A stretch of 64,000 bases of DNA from Lingula anatina (Eukaryota > Animalia > Brachiopoda), in the NCBI GenBank assembly GCA_051362555.1, contig CM120642.1, positions 19,406,001 to 19,470,000 of the forward strand. Reading direction: 5' to 3'. Made by a program: the position numbers and the translations under genes. How positions within the stretch are numbered: the first letter of the stretch is position 1; every line of letters starts with the position of its first letter. Of the stretch, positions 23,964-37,981 are shown piece by piece. The notes beneath the pieces were generated by a model. The model had not been told where the DNA came from. It made no database searches and was given only the letters and a program-made list of their open reading frames with translations.

Positions 23964-26418
23964 CGTCACACTTATTCGGAATCAGCAGGAATCAAGCAGA
24001 ACCAGCCGGGAGGAAGAATTTTCAAAGTTCGTACTACATTCGGGAAGAATTTTCAAATTGACTTAAATTCTTGTAAGAATGCCGTTGGAATATTCAGAAT
24101 GCGCTTGAATCCGCCTGGAATGATTCGTGCACACTTCGACTGTATTAGCTCTCGAGTGTAGTTGGAAAAGTAGGAATATCGATAAAAAAAATAATAATAA
24201 TTTATTTTTCTATGGCGCATTCCATTAAAAATACCAATGCGCCTTACAACATTCACTTAAAAGAGCTAAATATCACAATACTAGTATAAGAACACATTAC
24301 AATTTTAAAGGACTAAGAACTAATTTAAAGAACCAATTATTTCATATTCTAAAATGATAAGAAAGTAAAGTGACAACATTTAAAATTAATCATAAAATTA
24401 CAGTACACCTTATTAAAAACTAAAATTAACTATATGATAGTTACTGATAAGCTATTCTAAAAATATGAGTATGAGTCTTCAAAAGCTTTTTAAAAGTATC
24501 TATGTCACCTGCTGCTCGTATTTCAGAGGGTAAGGTGTTCCAAACTTCGGGTGCATATAACATAAATGCCCTTTCACCGTAAAATTTACCAGCTTTTTTC
24601 TCTAAGACACTGTGTTCTAAAAGTAAATGACTAAAAATTGAAGACCTGGTAACTCTTCCATGCTGATGTTGCTTCATAAGTTCTGAGATAAAGTGGTTTA
24701 TTCTCAGTGACTGCTTTAAAAATGACACACACAATTTTAAATAAAATTCTCTCTCTTAATGGAAGCCAGTGAAGTTTGTTCAGATGATTTTTGCCTCAAC
24801 CATATAAGAGACTGTTGCAATAATCAAGCTTAGAAGTAATGAAAGCATGGACTAGTTTTTCAGTTGAAGTTTTGTCCAGTAAGTCACGTATCTTACTAAT
24901 TCGCCAAAGTGAGTATGATGCCGATTTGCAAATTTCAGAGATCCGTCTATCCTTAGTTGCATACTGATCAAAGGTGACACCTAAGTCTTTCACATAGCTA
25001 GATGGATTGATGTTGACACCACCGATACAAATATCAGATTTCATTGTATTTCCACTGTCTGGCTTAGACCTTGATGTAAACCATATTAGTTCAGTTTTTC
25101 CATCATTTAGTGCTAGCATATTTGTTTTCATCCAATTCCGGATCTCAGCTAGACAAGTTTCTATTGAGGTGATAGCCATGGAGCGATTACTTTCACTTTT
25201 GACATAAATTTGAGTGTCATCAGCAAAAATGACAGTGTTGAGACCATGTTTAACTATAATGTCTTCTATTGGTAGCATATACAATGAGAAGAGCAATGGA
25301 CCTAGCACAGACCCCTGAGGGACACCATACTCTAAAATAGTGGGTTCTGATAGCAACGACTCAATTGACACCTTTTGTGTTCGATCTTTTAGATATGAGG
25401 TTAACCAATTAAGTGCTAAATCATTTACTCCAAATCGGTACTGTAGTCTGTGCAGAAGTATGTTGTGGTCAATGGTGTCGAATGCAGCAGACAGATCTAA
25501 AAGGATTAAATAACATCTTTTTGTCTGTCCAAGGAATGCATGATGTCATTATGAACCCTTATAGGAGAGCTGTTTCTGTGCTTTGTCCTTCTCTATAAGT
25601 TGATTGAAACCTGCCATATAGACTGTTATGAGCTAGATAGTTATTCAGTTGTATACATGCCATTTTCTCAAGAAACTTCCCTAAGAAGGGCAAGTTTGAT
25701 ATTGGTCCATAATTTTTAAACACTTGTTTGCACAGGCCTTGTTTTTCTAACAAGGGTCTAACAATTGCTGTTTTGCAGTTGGATGGGAAGATGCCTGTTG
25801 TAAAAGAGAGATTCACTATCTTTAAAATAACTGGGGCCAGAACAGTAATGCACTCTTTGATAATATGTGTTGGCACAGGATCTAAGGCAGAAGATTTAGA
25901 ATTCATGCTTTTCAATAATGCTAAAACATCTTCTTCTGATACAGGTGAAAATTCAGTCAATACTGCATGAGTACAGGTAATGATGTCAGATTGAAATCAG
26001 CATATTTAGAATACACTTCTAACACCGTACGAGTGTAGTTTGATTGCTGCCTGAAATGGGATTTCGGCAGCCATTGAGATGCATTCGAGTTGCATTCCCG
26101 CTCACTCTAGTAGGATTTGAAGTGACTTGCCATTTCGGTTCTCCCTCGAACGAGATCAGAATGTTTCGAACGCTGTCGGAATGCCCTAAGAATATTTAGA
26201 ATGCACTCATAGTGCAGTTAGAATACACTTACAGTAGAATGCCATTCGATATTTGTCCACTTGGAATACACTTCGATGTTTTGAGCCTGAGAAAAACATT
26301 CGGGCCGGCGACAAGAATGGTTAAAATATTTGGAATGCACTCAGAAATTTTAGAATGCTCTTTAAATGTCCAGGAACGTACAAACCATTGCTCATTCCGC
26401 CACTAGTGTGACGGGGCC
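23964..26418. mobile_element. Harbinger-like MITE (GGCCCCGTCACACT TIR), split by a LINE
   Basis: Right TIR AGTGTGACGGGGCC at 26405-26418. Partial left TIR CGTCACACT at 23964. GAAT/ATTC-rich interior on both sides of the LINE. Confidence 0.65.
24184..26010 (-). mobile_element. L2/CR1-group LINE, 5'-truncated and frameshifted
   Basis: ORFs 25559-25960, 24796-25371 and 24441-24734 contain PISNLPFLGK, STETALL, GVPQGSVLGPLLF, FADDTQ, KLDYCNSLLYG and APEVWNTLP. (ATT)n/T tail at ~24184-24200. Confidence 0.92.
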
Positions 26419-27044
26419 TTTACAGACGATAACTTGGAAAATATGGAGATCCATATATCGCTTTTAATGGTTGTCTAAAGACTCAAGAATAGGCAATGTA
26501 TTTTTTTTTTCATCGGCGAATTCAATTAATAAACTGACGTTACAATGACATCAAGGAGATAATTAAATGTTATTTAAACACGATTTTAATCCTTATCATC
26601 ATTTATCAGTCAGCGAAATAGTGAAAAACTGACTGACTGAAAAACTAGAGATAAATATTCCATATTAAATGTCAAGTCTGTAGTTAAACATCAAAATAAA
26701 CGATAAATAGTACCAAGCTATAAATAAAATAAATGTCCAGTTAATTCGTTTATAAGTGTTAAACAATAAAAGTTTTTTACTTAAATTTGCCGGGAGTCTA
26801 ACTGATTTTCAAGTGTTTTTACGACCACGAATTTGCAGAGTTTCCATGCCATGGGATTTTGATTTGGCGTACATGACATCAATATATGCTATTAGATCAA
26901 GTGATATCATGTTACGATTCTGAGTATATATTAGATTAATGGCGCTTATCAATAAAACATTGCATGCATAAATATTAAGATTTCAGATCAAGTATGTGTA
27001 ATGTTTTCCCCGGTTATGCGGGTTAAGAGACGCTCTGAAGTAAG

Positions 27045-30000
27045 TTAACATATATATCTTTATTCTGTTTTACTTTCTTTATTCTAATCAATGCATTTTT
27101 TACTCAAAAAATGGTAAACTGATTAAACGTTTTACATAACATTTCAGGTGTGTCATCTGAATTGTGATGATCTAAACAGAATATATATTAGAAAAAAATA
27201 ATGGAAAAAACCTTCACCACCAGAATTTTATTTCTTTTTTAGGCTGTACCAATTATTCGACTGGAAAATGGGTACATGTAGCTAGATAAATAAACAGGGA
27301 ATCATTTGTGATCCTTTCAAGTGATTTTAGCTGATTGAAAAACATTTTCATTTTACAAGTATGGCCTGTATCTTGGTTTCATAATTCTAATTATTGACAG
27401 TTTTAGAAAGACCTACAGATAACGTTCGGAACTCTTACCTGTGTTTGGGCCAGAGTTCTTTGCCGTCTTGAAGAGGGATCACTGCAAATTCTACCTTGGT
27501 CCAGTTGTTTCCCTTGAATGCTTTCCTTCCACTGGTCGAAAACACCCTGCATTTATATTTAGACCCAAAGATCTATCCCATAATGATAAAACATTCTAAG
27601 GGCCAACCAATGCAATGCATGTCAAATGTTGCCATGCGTGTTGTTTTTATGAGATGTGGTTGATTTCCTTTTAATGTCATTATGGTTATCAATAATTTGT
27701 TTTTCGTTCTACAGTGTTAATTAGATCACGGAGGGCCTATATAACATTTTGACCTTATTCAGTTAGAAATGTGTGTTTTCAGGTGTGCACGCTTTCTTAT
27801 TGAGAATCAGTCATGAGGCGACATTTAGATAACACATGTCACCCTCCCCCCCCCCTCAAAAAAAAAAAAAAATTGTAACTGCATTTTGGACTGTATGATG
27901 TTTAAGAAGAGTACAAATAAAATGTTTGCTTTCCAGAGATAAAATACTAACCATAATTATACCGGTATATTTTACAACATATTTCTACCGGGTGCGGTCG
28001 TTATCGACCCTTTGGCATTATTTATCAAATAATGATATTTTGGTAGTTATACAACAGTAACTTTTCAGTACATCAGATGAACACTTCATTACGCATTTTT
28101 TGTGGAAAACTATGTACAATACTTTTCTTTGCCTATCTGGGCAGTTTTAGAACACAGCGTTTTTTTATAGTAAGTCCTAATATTCCAGTTCGCGTATCTC
28201 ATCGAGGAAACGTATTTCTTCCTAAAAAGATTTGTATTTTACCTCCAATATACACATCTGTGTGCCATATATTGATATAATTTCCCATCACCTGAACCCA
28301 AAAGGTACCTGGAGAGGTACGTAGAAACTTCATTATTTTGTCAGGGGGGAAGAGGCAAGTTGAAGCACTGAGTCATAGATAGTGCTGCACTAAACAAAAC
28401 AGGAGGTAGGAAGCGGTATAGTTAGAGATCAGGCCGGTAACGATGAGGTATAAAGGCTCGAGCAAGGTGGAGGAGGAAGTGGTGGTGTGGCAGAGGGGCT
28501 TGGAAAGGAGGCGCTTTTAAATTGTCCGGTTTTAAAAATAATAATGTAAATTAAACTGTATGATGACGTCGATTTCGATTTTTGTATAAAGGTCGCAATT
28601 TTTTGGACAATAATATTTTTTAAAAATTTTAATAGCTTAAATGTTGATACAAAATATGTTTCTCTTTGGTCATTTGGTTTTAACTCTTTATCTATCTTCC
28701 AAAGGATGTAAAGGATCCAAAGGATGTAAAGGTACTTGACTTAACATAATAATAAAAAGAAAGTTATCAATATGTCAGGTCAGATATTATCTGCAAAATG
28801 TAAAATGCTATCTTGGTCCAATCGTTTTCATTTTCCTACTTGGTTCAAAGTCGAAAACTCTGCATGTCACTTAGACTCAAACATCTATCCCATAATGACA
28901 AATCAGTTACACTGACCAACCATTGTAATGCATGTCAAATTGAGGATGCTTTGGTATACGTGTCACACCTTAGAGATTGGTTTTTCATGATGTGGCTTTA
29001 TTTCTTTTCAGATGTCTTTTTGTTTATCAGTAATTAATTTTTGTCATTATTCACCGATAGTTAAATCAAGTAAGAACCTACCTATATAACATGTGATTTT
29101 GATCTCGTTAAATTCAAAGTATGTGTGTGTGTGTGTGTGTGTGTGTCGGCGCATGTTTGTTCAAATACTGCAGTGAGCCAACATTAATTTAGATAAAACA
29201 TGTCCTCTCAAACATTGTTATTTCTATGAGCTGCGGTTTTGGACTATGCTTTTTGAGAAGAGTACCAATAAACTATTTGCATACTAAACATGAAAACTTA
29301 ATTTAAACTTCAGAGATCATCCACCTTTTATTTCAATCATAGGTAAAGTTCACTCGAAGGAATCGAATTTAATGTGTTCAAATATCTATTCAAAAGACAA
29401 TTAGAAAAAGGACAGGAGTAGATTTATAGGTGCCTCCTCTTCTCCCATTCTCAAGACTGACAAAGTTGCAAAGTCAGTTCCCCCATTTCAGATAATTAAA
29501 ATAAATATTGCAATCTAAATACATACTTGTGGACTTCCTTGACAAGGCCATAATTGAAATCAAACAACTCTTATTGTTATTCCAAATGTAACACATTTTG
29601 GACTTTGCTTCCTTTTAGTTTAAATTGTATTTCATTCCCTTAGACCGCAGTTATTTTGACCAATATACATTTACTAGCTTTCGTGGCAACAACTCATCTG
29701 CATGAATATACGTGTACATGTGTACGCCTATCCGCTTATAGATATGCGTGGCTAAAAACGTGCTTGATTTTATACCAGTGTACTTTTCAATTTATAATGA
29801 CGTTTCACCAATTTGCAATGCAAAAGAACTCTTTTTGAGTTTGAATATACTTCAGGCAATTGATTGGTGATATCTGAAATACCTGCTTTTATTTGATACA
29901 TATTTCATCAAATGCCAAACATCTAATGCTACTACCATGGTTTTACGTGTTTACCAAGTTTGATTTCGATTAGCAAAAAAGTTAAAGTCCATTTTGGTCC

Positions 30001-30199
30001 AATCGCTTTTATTTTCTTCCACCAGCACCTTCGAGAACATCCTGCATTTCTATTTAGACATATATATCTATCCCATAATAATAAAACAGCTACACCGGCT
30101 AATCCTTGCAATGAATATCCAATCCAGGACGCTTTGGCATACGTGCTACACCTTATGGTTTGGTTTTATTTTCTTTCAGACGTCTTAGTGTTTATCAGT

Positions 30200-30244
<45 letters not shown>

Positions 30245-31170
30245 ACAATTCTTTGGTGGTAGTTTGATAACGCAGGGACCTACCTTACAGTTGATTTTGA
30301 TCTCGTTAAATTCAAAAAGTGCATTATTCCAGAAGTATACCAATTTGGACTTTATTTAAAAATTTATTTTATTTCCTTACACTGAAGTCACTTTTTATCA
30401 GTATACATTTATTAGCTTTTGTGACAACATCTTATTTACAAGTATATAGGTCTTTCTACTACTAGATATGTGTGGTTTGATTTTATACAAGTGTACACTG
30501 TACATATTATTTTCAAGAACGTTTCATTTCAATTTTAATGCAAAATCGCTTTTTTCGAGTTTGAATATGCTCCAGGCATTAGATTGGTGATGTCTGAATT
30601 ATCGACTACCATTTCATACGGTTTTCGTCATGTCAGACATTTAAAGTTGAGGGTCCTTTGTTTCTTTTGAGGTACGTCTACGCGCAGCAACAAGTACCCT
30701 TAGCATTTGCTTAAAATTTCAAGTAAAAGAAACAAGAAAAATCATTCCAAAGCATATAAGGGTACTTAACTAAACATATTACAAACAAAATCCTGAATGT
30801 TTTCAATGGTAAGGAATCTGTGATATGATGGTTAGCTGTCTTTCTCAAAAAAGTTTAATTCTATCTAGTCAAATCGTTTTCATTCTCTCCCATTGGTTCG
30901 AAGTCGAAAACTCCCTGTATTTTATTAAGACTTAAAGCTCTCTTCCATAATAATCCAACAGTCACACTTGCCAATCTTCGCAATGTGTGTCAAGTCAAGG
31001 ACGCTTTGGCAGACGTGTTACACCTTTGAGATTGCTTTTTCGTGATGTTGCTTTATTTCCTTTCACATGTCTTTATGTTTACCACTAATTCGGTTGTCGT
31101 CATTATATAGTGATAGTTAGATCACGAAGGGGCCTATATAACAGGTGATTTTCAACTCGTTATATTCAAA

Positions 31171-31217
<47 letters not shown>

Positions 31218-32187
31218 CGTTACAGAATCATAATCGATCCGTAGGCATTCGTATGTATTCTTAACTCATTTGGGGATTCGTGAATCCCTGGATTGACCAC
31301 GAATCAGCTACCAATCAGTCACGAATCCCACGAATATTTGCTTAAGTTTGGACATAGGGGAAATACCACGAAATATCAAGAATAGTCCAGAAATCACTTT
31401 TATTCGTACCCAACTCATGCATGCATTCGGCATATGCTTAACTGATTCCTTATTGATTCGTAACGTTTGTGCAGTATTCATAATAGATTCTCATAAATCG
31501 TGGTGAATTCTTGACAATTCTAGCCGAATCCCACGAATATTCGTAACACCATCGCTCCTGTTCCGTAACTGAATTGTAGAGTGTATCGAATTAGGCCAGA
31601 AAATTTGCAAATTCCCACGAATTCTGAAATTTGTCAATTCCTGGCGGTTCGTGGGATTTGTGGTCTGTGTGAAATAGGGGCAGTAGTATTTGCTTAAAAT
31701 GTCTTTTATGGTTAGAGATGTATAATATGATAGTCAGTTATCTTCTTCAAAAAGTTAAATTCAATCTTAGTCTAATCGTTTTCATTCTCTTCTATTCATT
31801 CAAAGTCTGCATTTTAATAAGACTTAAAACTCTCTTCCATAATAATCAAACAGTCACACTGGCCAACCCTTGCAAAGCATGTCAAATTACGGACACCATG
31901 ACATACGTGCTACACCTTATGTTTTGATTGTTCGACGTTTGGCTTTATTTCCTTTCAGGCGTCTTTGTGTTTATCTGTAATTTCTTTTTCACCATTTTTA
32001 GTGATAGATAAATCTCTTTGTATAGCAGGTGGTTTTGATCTAGTCAAATTCGAAATGTGTGTTTATGTGTGTGCGCACGTGTTTTCTCAAAATCTGCCAT
32101 GAGCCATCATTGATTTATACATGTCCTCTGAAACAGTATTATTTCTATAAGCTGCGTTTTTGGACCAAGGTGTTTGAAAGGAGTACC
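27045..32187. repeat. Complex tandem array, block 2 (start of unit 2)
   Basis: Head segment followed by monomers with cores at ~28907, 30090, 30961 and 31852. 29084 onward aligns with window position 1. Interrupted at ~27950-28700 and 31218-31681. Confidence 0.9.
31218..31681. mobile_element. Truncated DNA-transposon fragment inside the array
   Basis: CACGAAT/ATTCGT-rich block ending GTGTGAAATAGGGGC, like a Harbinger TIR. No left end. Confidence 0.4.
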
Positions 32188-33159
32188 CCTGGTGTCAACT
32201 TCAATGTCCACCCTATTTCAATACCCCCTGTACCTAATAAAGTTATCTGAATAGCTAGCCTTGCGGCAACAACTCACTATCCCTTGTGGCAGCAATTAAG
32301 CTATATATGTAATAATAAATGTATGTTCGGTTTTATACGAGTGTCCATATTTTTTTCAAGAAAACGGTTGAACACTCGTTATGTCATTTTTTATTTATTT
32401 ATTTTTATTTATTTATTTATTTTTATTTTTATTTTTATTTTTATTATTATTATTTTATTTTTTTTTTATTTTTTTTTTTTTTTTGCTTTAAGCAGGTAAC
32501 GTTTGTTTTAAAGCAGAAGAAAAAAAGGTAGAAAAATAGAAAATGCAGGGGTATCGCATGGCCATAATCTAGTCAGATGTAGAATACTTACCATGATTGG
32601 ATTATAATACCCTCTCAACAAACTTTTTATGTCTCCTCCATCTCGGTGTACCACAAACTTTTATAGTCTCATTCATAGCAAGAAAGAAGGTAACAAGGAA
32701 TATTGTTTGTTCGTGATTTGGCCAAACCAGGCCGCTTTTATTATATAACCCCTCTAACCTAATCGTTTTAACAATAATAACAATGTAGCAAATTGTTGCC
32801 TGTATTAAATGTTATGGCCTTAGGGATAAAAATTATATATCAAATATTCAATGAGACTCATCATCCTAAAACTTATGATGCGACGAGTCAGCAAAAGTTA
32901 TTATTTACCAACAATTTTGCACAAATTTCATTTGTGGGGTTGCAAAGAGGCCATAACCTTGACTGGTGCCCTGGGCACTGGGCAAGGAAAACCCCACAAA
33001 GGAAAGAATGAAGTAGTCCAATGCAGTTTGGAGAACAATGAATTTCCACAAAAATAATGGCTAGTAGTAAAAAGAAAATGAGTAAGTAAATGAATTATGA
33101 AAGCTTGCATGCACATACACAAACTTTTGATAGTGGGGAAAAAGATAAATAACCCTGTT

Positions 33160-33270
33160 AAGAAGGCATGCCTATTGACCCGTCACAGTAGGGAAGAAAG
33201 TATAAGTAAATAAACAAATATGTCATAAAAGCATGCCAATCAACCCGACGTAGCGGGGAGGATAATATAA

Positions 33271-33318
<48 letters not shown>

Positions 33319-33835
33319 ATATGTCATAAAAGCATGCCACTCAACCCGATGTAGTGGGGAGGATAGTAAATAATTGTCATAAAAGCATGCCGCTCAACCC
33401 GACATAGCGGGGAGGATAATATAAATAAATAAATATGTCATAAAAGCATGCCACTCAACCCGACGTAGCAGGGAGTATAATATAATTAAATAAATACAAA
33501 AAAATAAATAAAAAATTATGTCATAAAAGCATGCCACTCAACCCGACATAGTGGGGAGGATAATATAAATAAATAAATGTGTCATAAAAGCATGCCGCTC
33601 AACCCGACGTAGCGGGGAGGATAATATAAATAAATAAATATGTCATAAAAGCATGCCGCTCAACCCGACGTAGCAGGGAGGATAATATAAATAAATAAAC
33701 AAGTATGTGCTAAAAGCATGCCGCTCTACCCAACATACTGATGAGGAACGCATAAATAAATAAATAAAGAACTATGTTGGAAAAGCATGCTGTTAGTCCC
33801 GATGCAGTGGGAAGTAAAATATAAATAAATAAACT
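33160..33835. repeat. Minisatellite, ~10 copies of a GC core separated by variable (AAAT)n
   Basis: Core TGTCATAAAAGCATGCC(A/G)CTCAACCCGACGTAGCGGGGAGGATAAT. Period ~53-100 bp, typically 61. Confidence 0.95.
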
Positions 33836-34124
33836 GCCTGTGGCATAGAAAGATGTCAGAAAAAATAAGATGAAATGACATTAATGCTGTATGAGAAAAA
33901 TAAATAAATAAATAAATGAAATGGAGAGGTCTGAAACTGTGCAGCATGCATGGTGTATAAGGGGCCTGAAGAGGCCTTAATCTTGGTAGGAAACAAATTG
34001 GCTCTAAAAGGGGAGAATCTGTTTGAGAAACTGGTAAAGGAAATGTAGCTTGACCTTGAGAAGGACATAATTTGGTAACGAAACGAATGTATGTAAGGCA
34101 ATGTAAAGGTCGAAATCTACTTAA

Positions 34125-35290
34125 GAAGCTGGTTTAGAAATGAATGTGCAAGATGCCCTGAAAAATTTGTAAACTGGTAAAAAAAAAAGGTGAACATTGG
34201 CCCTGCAAAGGACAGAATCTGGTGAAGAAACGAATGTGCCCTGAAAAGGGCAGAATCTGGTTAAGAAGTAAGTGTACCATAGCCTTGAAAAGGTCAGAGA
34301 ATGGTAAAGAACACAACATACATAGACCCTGAAAAGGTCAGAAACTAGTAACAAATGTGAACCTTGGTCCTGAAAAGGACAGAATCTGGTTAAAAGCAAA
34401 TGTGCCCTGAAAAGGACAAGATCTGATTAAGAAGGAAGAGTACCATAGCCTTGAAAAGGTGAGAAACTGGTAAAGAACACAACAATACATAGACCCTGAA
34501 AGGTCAGAAACTAGTAACAAATGTGAACCTTGGTCCTGAAAAGGACAGAATCTGGTTAATAACGAATGTGCCCTGAAAAGGACAGAATCTGGTTAAGAAG
34601 TGAATGTGCCCTGCAAAGGACAAGATCCGATAAAGAAAGAAGTGTACCGTAGGATTGAAAAGGTCAGAAACTGGTAAAGAACAAAACATACATAGACCAT
34701 GAAAAGATCAGAAACTGGTAAACAAAGGTGAACTTTGGTCCTGAAAAGGACAGAATCTGGTTAAAAAACAAAAGGAGAGAATCTGATTAGGAAGGAAATG
34801 TACCATAACCTTGAAAAGGTCAGAAATTGGTTAAGGACACAGCAAACATAGACCCTGAAAAGGTCAGAAACTGGTAGAGAACACAACGTACATAAACCCT
34901 AAAAAGGTCAGAAACTGGTAAAGAAAGGTGAACCTTGGTCCTGAAAAGGACAGAATCTCGTTAAAAAACCAATGTGCACAAGGCTCTGAAAAGAAGTACG
35001 TGTACCTTGGCCTAGAAAAGGTCGGGATCCGGATAAGAGAGCAAATGTGTATGAGGCCCTGAAAAGGACAGAATTTGTTTAACAAACTAAAGTGCACAAG
35101 GCCCTGAAAAAGGCCGGATTCTGATTATGAAGGAAGTTTACCTTGATCCTGGTTAAGAAAGCAACGTGGATGAGGCCCTAAAAAGGTCAGAAACTGACCT
35201 AGAAAGGAAGTGTACCTTGGCCCTAAAAAGGTCGTGATCCAGTTAAGTAACCAATTTACTTGAGGCCCTGAAAAGGTCAGAGTCTGATTA
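34125..35290. repeat. Minisatellite of 37-45 bp subunits with a ~167-bp four-subunit higher-order repeat
   Basis: CCTGAAAAGG(A/T)CAGAA(T/A)CTGG recurs throughout. The CATAGACC landmark is at 34321, 34488, 34691 and 34847. Confidence 0.92.
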
Positions 35291-35458
35291 AGAAAAGTGA
35301 AAGGGGGGGGGGGGTAGTTCAACTTACTGAGAGAAATTCTTTCTGATGGGTCCATGCTTATTAGGCTTAAGTTTGTATTGCCCCATGTCCGAAAGGTGTG
35401 CTCCAACCCGAGTGGCATTCAGCAAACAAAGTGAAAACTTATATTATTATTACTATTA

Positions 35459-35494
<36 letters not shown>

Positions 35495-35900
35495 GAACCA
35501 AACCCTCGATGATTGAGGAAACTAGTGAATGAAATGTCCTCTTAAGATGCTTGCCTGGTTGCCAGGGTGTACATCTGGAATTTTGTCAGACTCCTGTCTT
35601 TGTTCTTAAGACTGTATGTTATCATGGGGTACATGTACACTTTACATGAAGGTTTGAATCATGGTCTTATTTACTACCGAGGAGGCTAAATTTCCAAGAT
35701 GAAGCTGTATATTTTGTTTTTGGAAGAATTCTTTATTCTCAAATATACGGCTAGTTGTCATGTTAGCCTCTAAAATAACCGATGCCCAAGATAATTATTA
35801 AATTGACGTATATTATAAAATGCGTTCTTCTATTTCAACCACTGGTCCTAAAAACATTAGGATTTCAAAAGCATGTCTAAGCTAGTGTGCATTTTTGAAG

Positions 35901-35903
<3 letters not shown>

Positions 35904-35963
<60 letters not shown>
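35904..35963. repeat. (TA)n microsatellite
   Basis: Direct observation. Confidence 0.95.
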
Positions 35964-35969
<6 letters not shown>

Positions 35970-37788
35970 AATTTTATGTTTTAGCTTGTTGTGAGTTCAG
36001 ATGTATTACTTAATAGTCGCCACTGAATTTGAATGATTAAAGTAATTCAGTCTATTTCGCCAGTAACTCGTAATTCCAGTGTATTTGTTCATCTTTATAG
36101 CTCGTATTTATCTTTAGAGAACTACTACTGGGCAGCTGTCAGCCTTTATCACTATCATAACAGGTGGCCAGGATGTATTAGCTATGGTGAGGGCATAATT
36201 ACCCTCAGCAGTAGGGTCAGGGATTGTAAGCCTCTATCAACTGCTTAATGAAGGGACCAGCCTCAGTTAATAGGTCATAGAAGGGTCGTAAAGCTAGGTT
36301 GTAATTTTAATTTAAATCAGAGAACAGGAGACTTTTCATGGAGCCTTGTGACTTGAAAATGGGTCAGGAATACATGTTTTTACGATTAACTAGGGTGGGA
36401 AAGTTTTGCAATATCCCACTGAAAGCTGAAACAGAGAAGTCCTAAGAAAATGGACAGAGGTTATTGAATATGATAAAAATGAAGGCACTGTGCTTCAATA
36501 AGTAGTTAAATCTTCCATATCTGGGGGACTTGTAATACCCATGCAAAATTATCCTGCTTACTGAAAAGTGAAAAGCTAATAACTATTTACTTTTCTGACT
36601 TAATTAAGATGCTCTATCAGTGGTAATGCCCTAAGTAAGTGAACCCAAGTAGTAGATATGTGTGAAGGGGGGGGTGATATAAGACCACAAATTTTCTTCA
36701 GAAGACTTAAAGAAAGAGTTATAAATGTGAAACTCAATGATAAGTAAACAGTAGGTGTAAATGGTAACTTCAGTGCTAACAAAAACGAATAGTTGATGAG
36801 GAAAGGAGGGTTGATTTTTGGATTGAGCTGGATTATAATGATGTGCACTTCAGTCTGAGCAAGATACTCTACCTTGCTAAGGTATCTACCCTGAACAGTG
36901 AAACGTCTGACGAGGAATATGATAGAAGTGGGAAACTAAAAGTAGGTAACTGAATCGGCATAACATGTGCCCATGCGATATCCATTAAATTTCGGGACAT
37001 TGCGTCCGCCTATGTCATCAGGTGACTGGAGATTCTACACGCAAGGACCCTTAATTTTTTTGTGCAGTCGCAGTGACAGCTATCGGAGCAAACAAGCGAC
37101 TCCTGAATAAAGAACATATTGTCAACTGCAACTGCTAAATAGCTAGAGAAACTAAAACTTACCGCATTCATGTAACAGTCAGCAATTTGTACTGTTGATC
37201 CTTGCTTGAAGTTGTGCAGAATCTGTCACTGTACGCTTCAACAGATCGACTGAACTGCTGGAAAGTTCTCATAGAGGTAAAATGAAATTTTTTTGAACTG
37301 AAGATTTCAGTTGCAGATTTGAGATAACTTGTAGCTTAATTGTATCATGCTCGTGAACAGAATGAATCAAGCAAAATGAGGCCAGGCAGTGATGCCCCAT
37401 GGTATAAGTAGCAACATGTGCCTCTAAGGAGATTACCCCTCTAGGGCACAATTGAGCATGAGCAGAATGCACATGTGCTTAAATAAGCTCTCTGGAGATT
37501 GTTGTCGCCATAAAATGTCGTTTGACTACGCCAAACTTTCCTTTCTTTAAATGATATTGCAAATACCGAGAATGAAGTTTTTTCCTTCGTCTAATTATTC
37601 AATAATGCATCTATCTTTGCACTGATTTAAAACAAAACACTTTGAAATATAAAATATCGGCGTTTACAATTCTCGTTATAATGTATGAGCGTAGGCAAGT
37701 CAAAGCTTTAATCATCAATTTAACACTTTCTATTTTGAGTTGAGATAGCAATCGGAATGGAGCGTAATTCCATCCCTGAATGAGACCC

Positions 37789-37981
37789 CATTCCCAGAGT
37801 TTAGATCGATCCAACTAGATCGACCTAACTCCCTGTAAATAGCTGTCAACCAAGCGGGCACGAAAGTCAATTACCCCCTTACAGCTTGTAGGAGGCGGGA
37901 CGGACATTTAAGCTGGGTTATCTGACAGTAATCTAGTGAGACTCCCCACGGGGATAGATCAATCTAAAATCTATGGGAATG
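37789..37981. mobile_element. ~200-bp MITE; second copy in the opposite orientation at 60497-60710
   Basis: CATTCCCAGAGTTTAGATCGATC ... GATCAATCTAAAATCTATGGGAATG. Absent from unit 1 at ~9474. Confidence 0.8.

Larger units (their letters stand above)
22035..26680 (+). mobile_element. Second degenerate Tc1/mariner of the same family, opposite orientation, carrying nested insertions
   Basis: TIRs CAGACTTGACATTT / AAATGTCAAGTCTG with TA flanks. Segments 22035-22519, 23326-23963 and 26419-26680 match the reverse complement of 11604-13264. Confidence 0.88.
9205..27040. repeat. Tandem segmental duplication, unique part of unit 1 (paralogous to ~37537-58204)
   Basis: Colinear anchors: 9270~37590, 10501~39469, 11000~39940, 13300~41450, 16952-18035 = 44852-45935, 18550~46640, 19085~47992, 22000~48150. 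Confidence 0.95.

Noticed and set aside
33160-33835. CRISPR-like repeat-spacer array
   Set aside because: The spacers are just variable (AAAT)n, the context is eukaryotic, and there are no cas genes.
34121-35418. Minus-strand Phe/Cys-rich ORFs
   Set aside because: Translations of the 37-45 bp minisatellite.
32293-37342. CAATTAAGCTA / TAGCTTAATTG as TIRs of an element
   Set aside because: Only 11 AT-rich bp, no TSD, and not at the insertion boundaries defined by unit 1.
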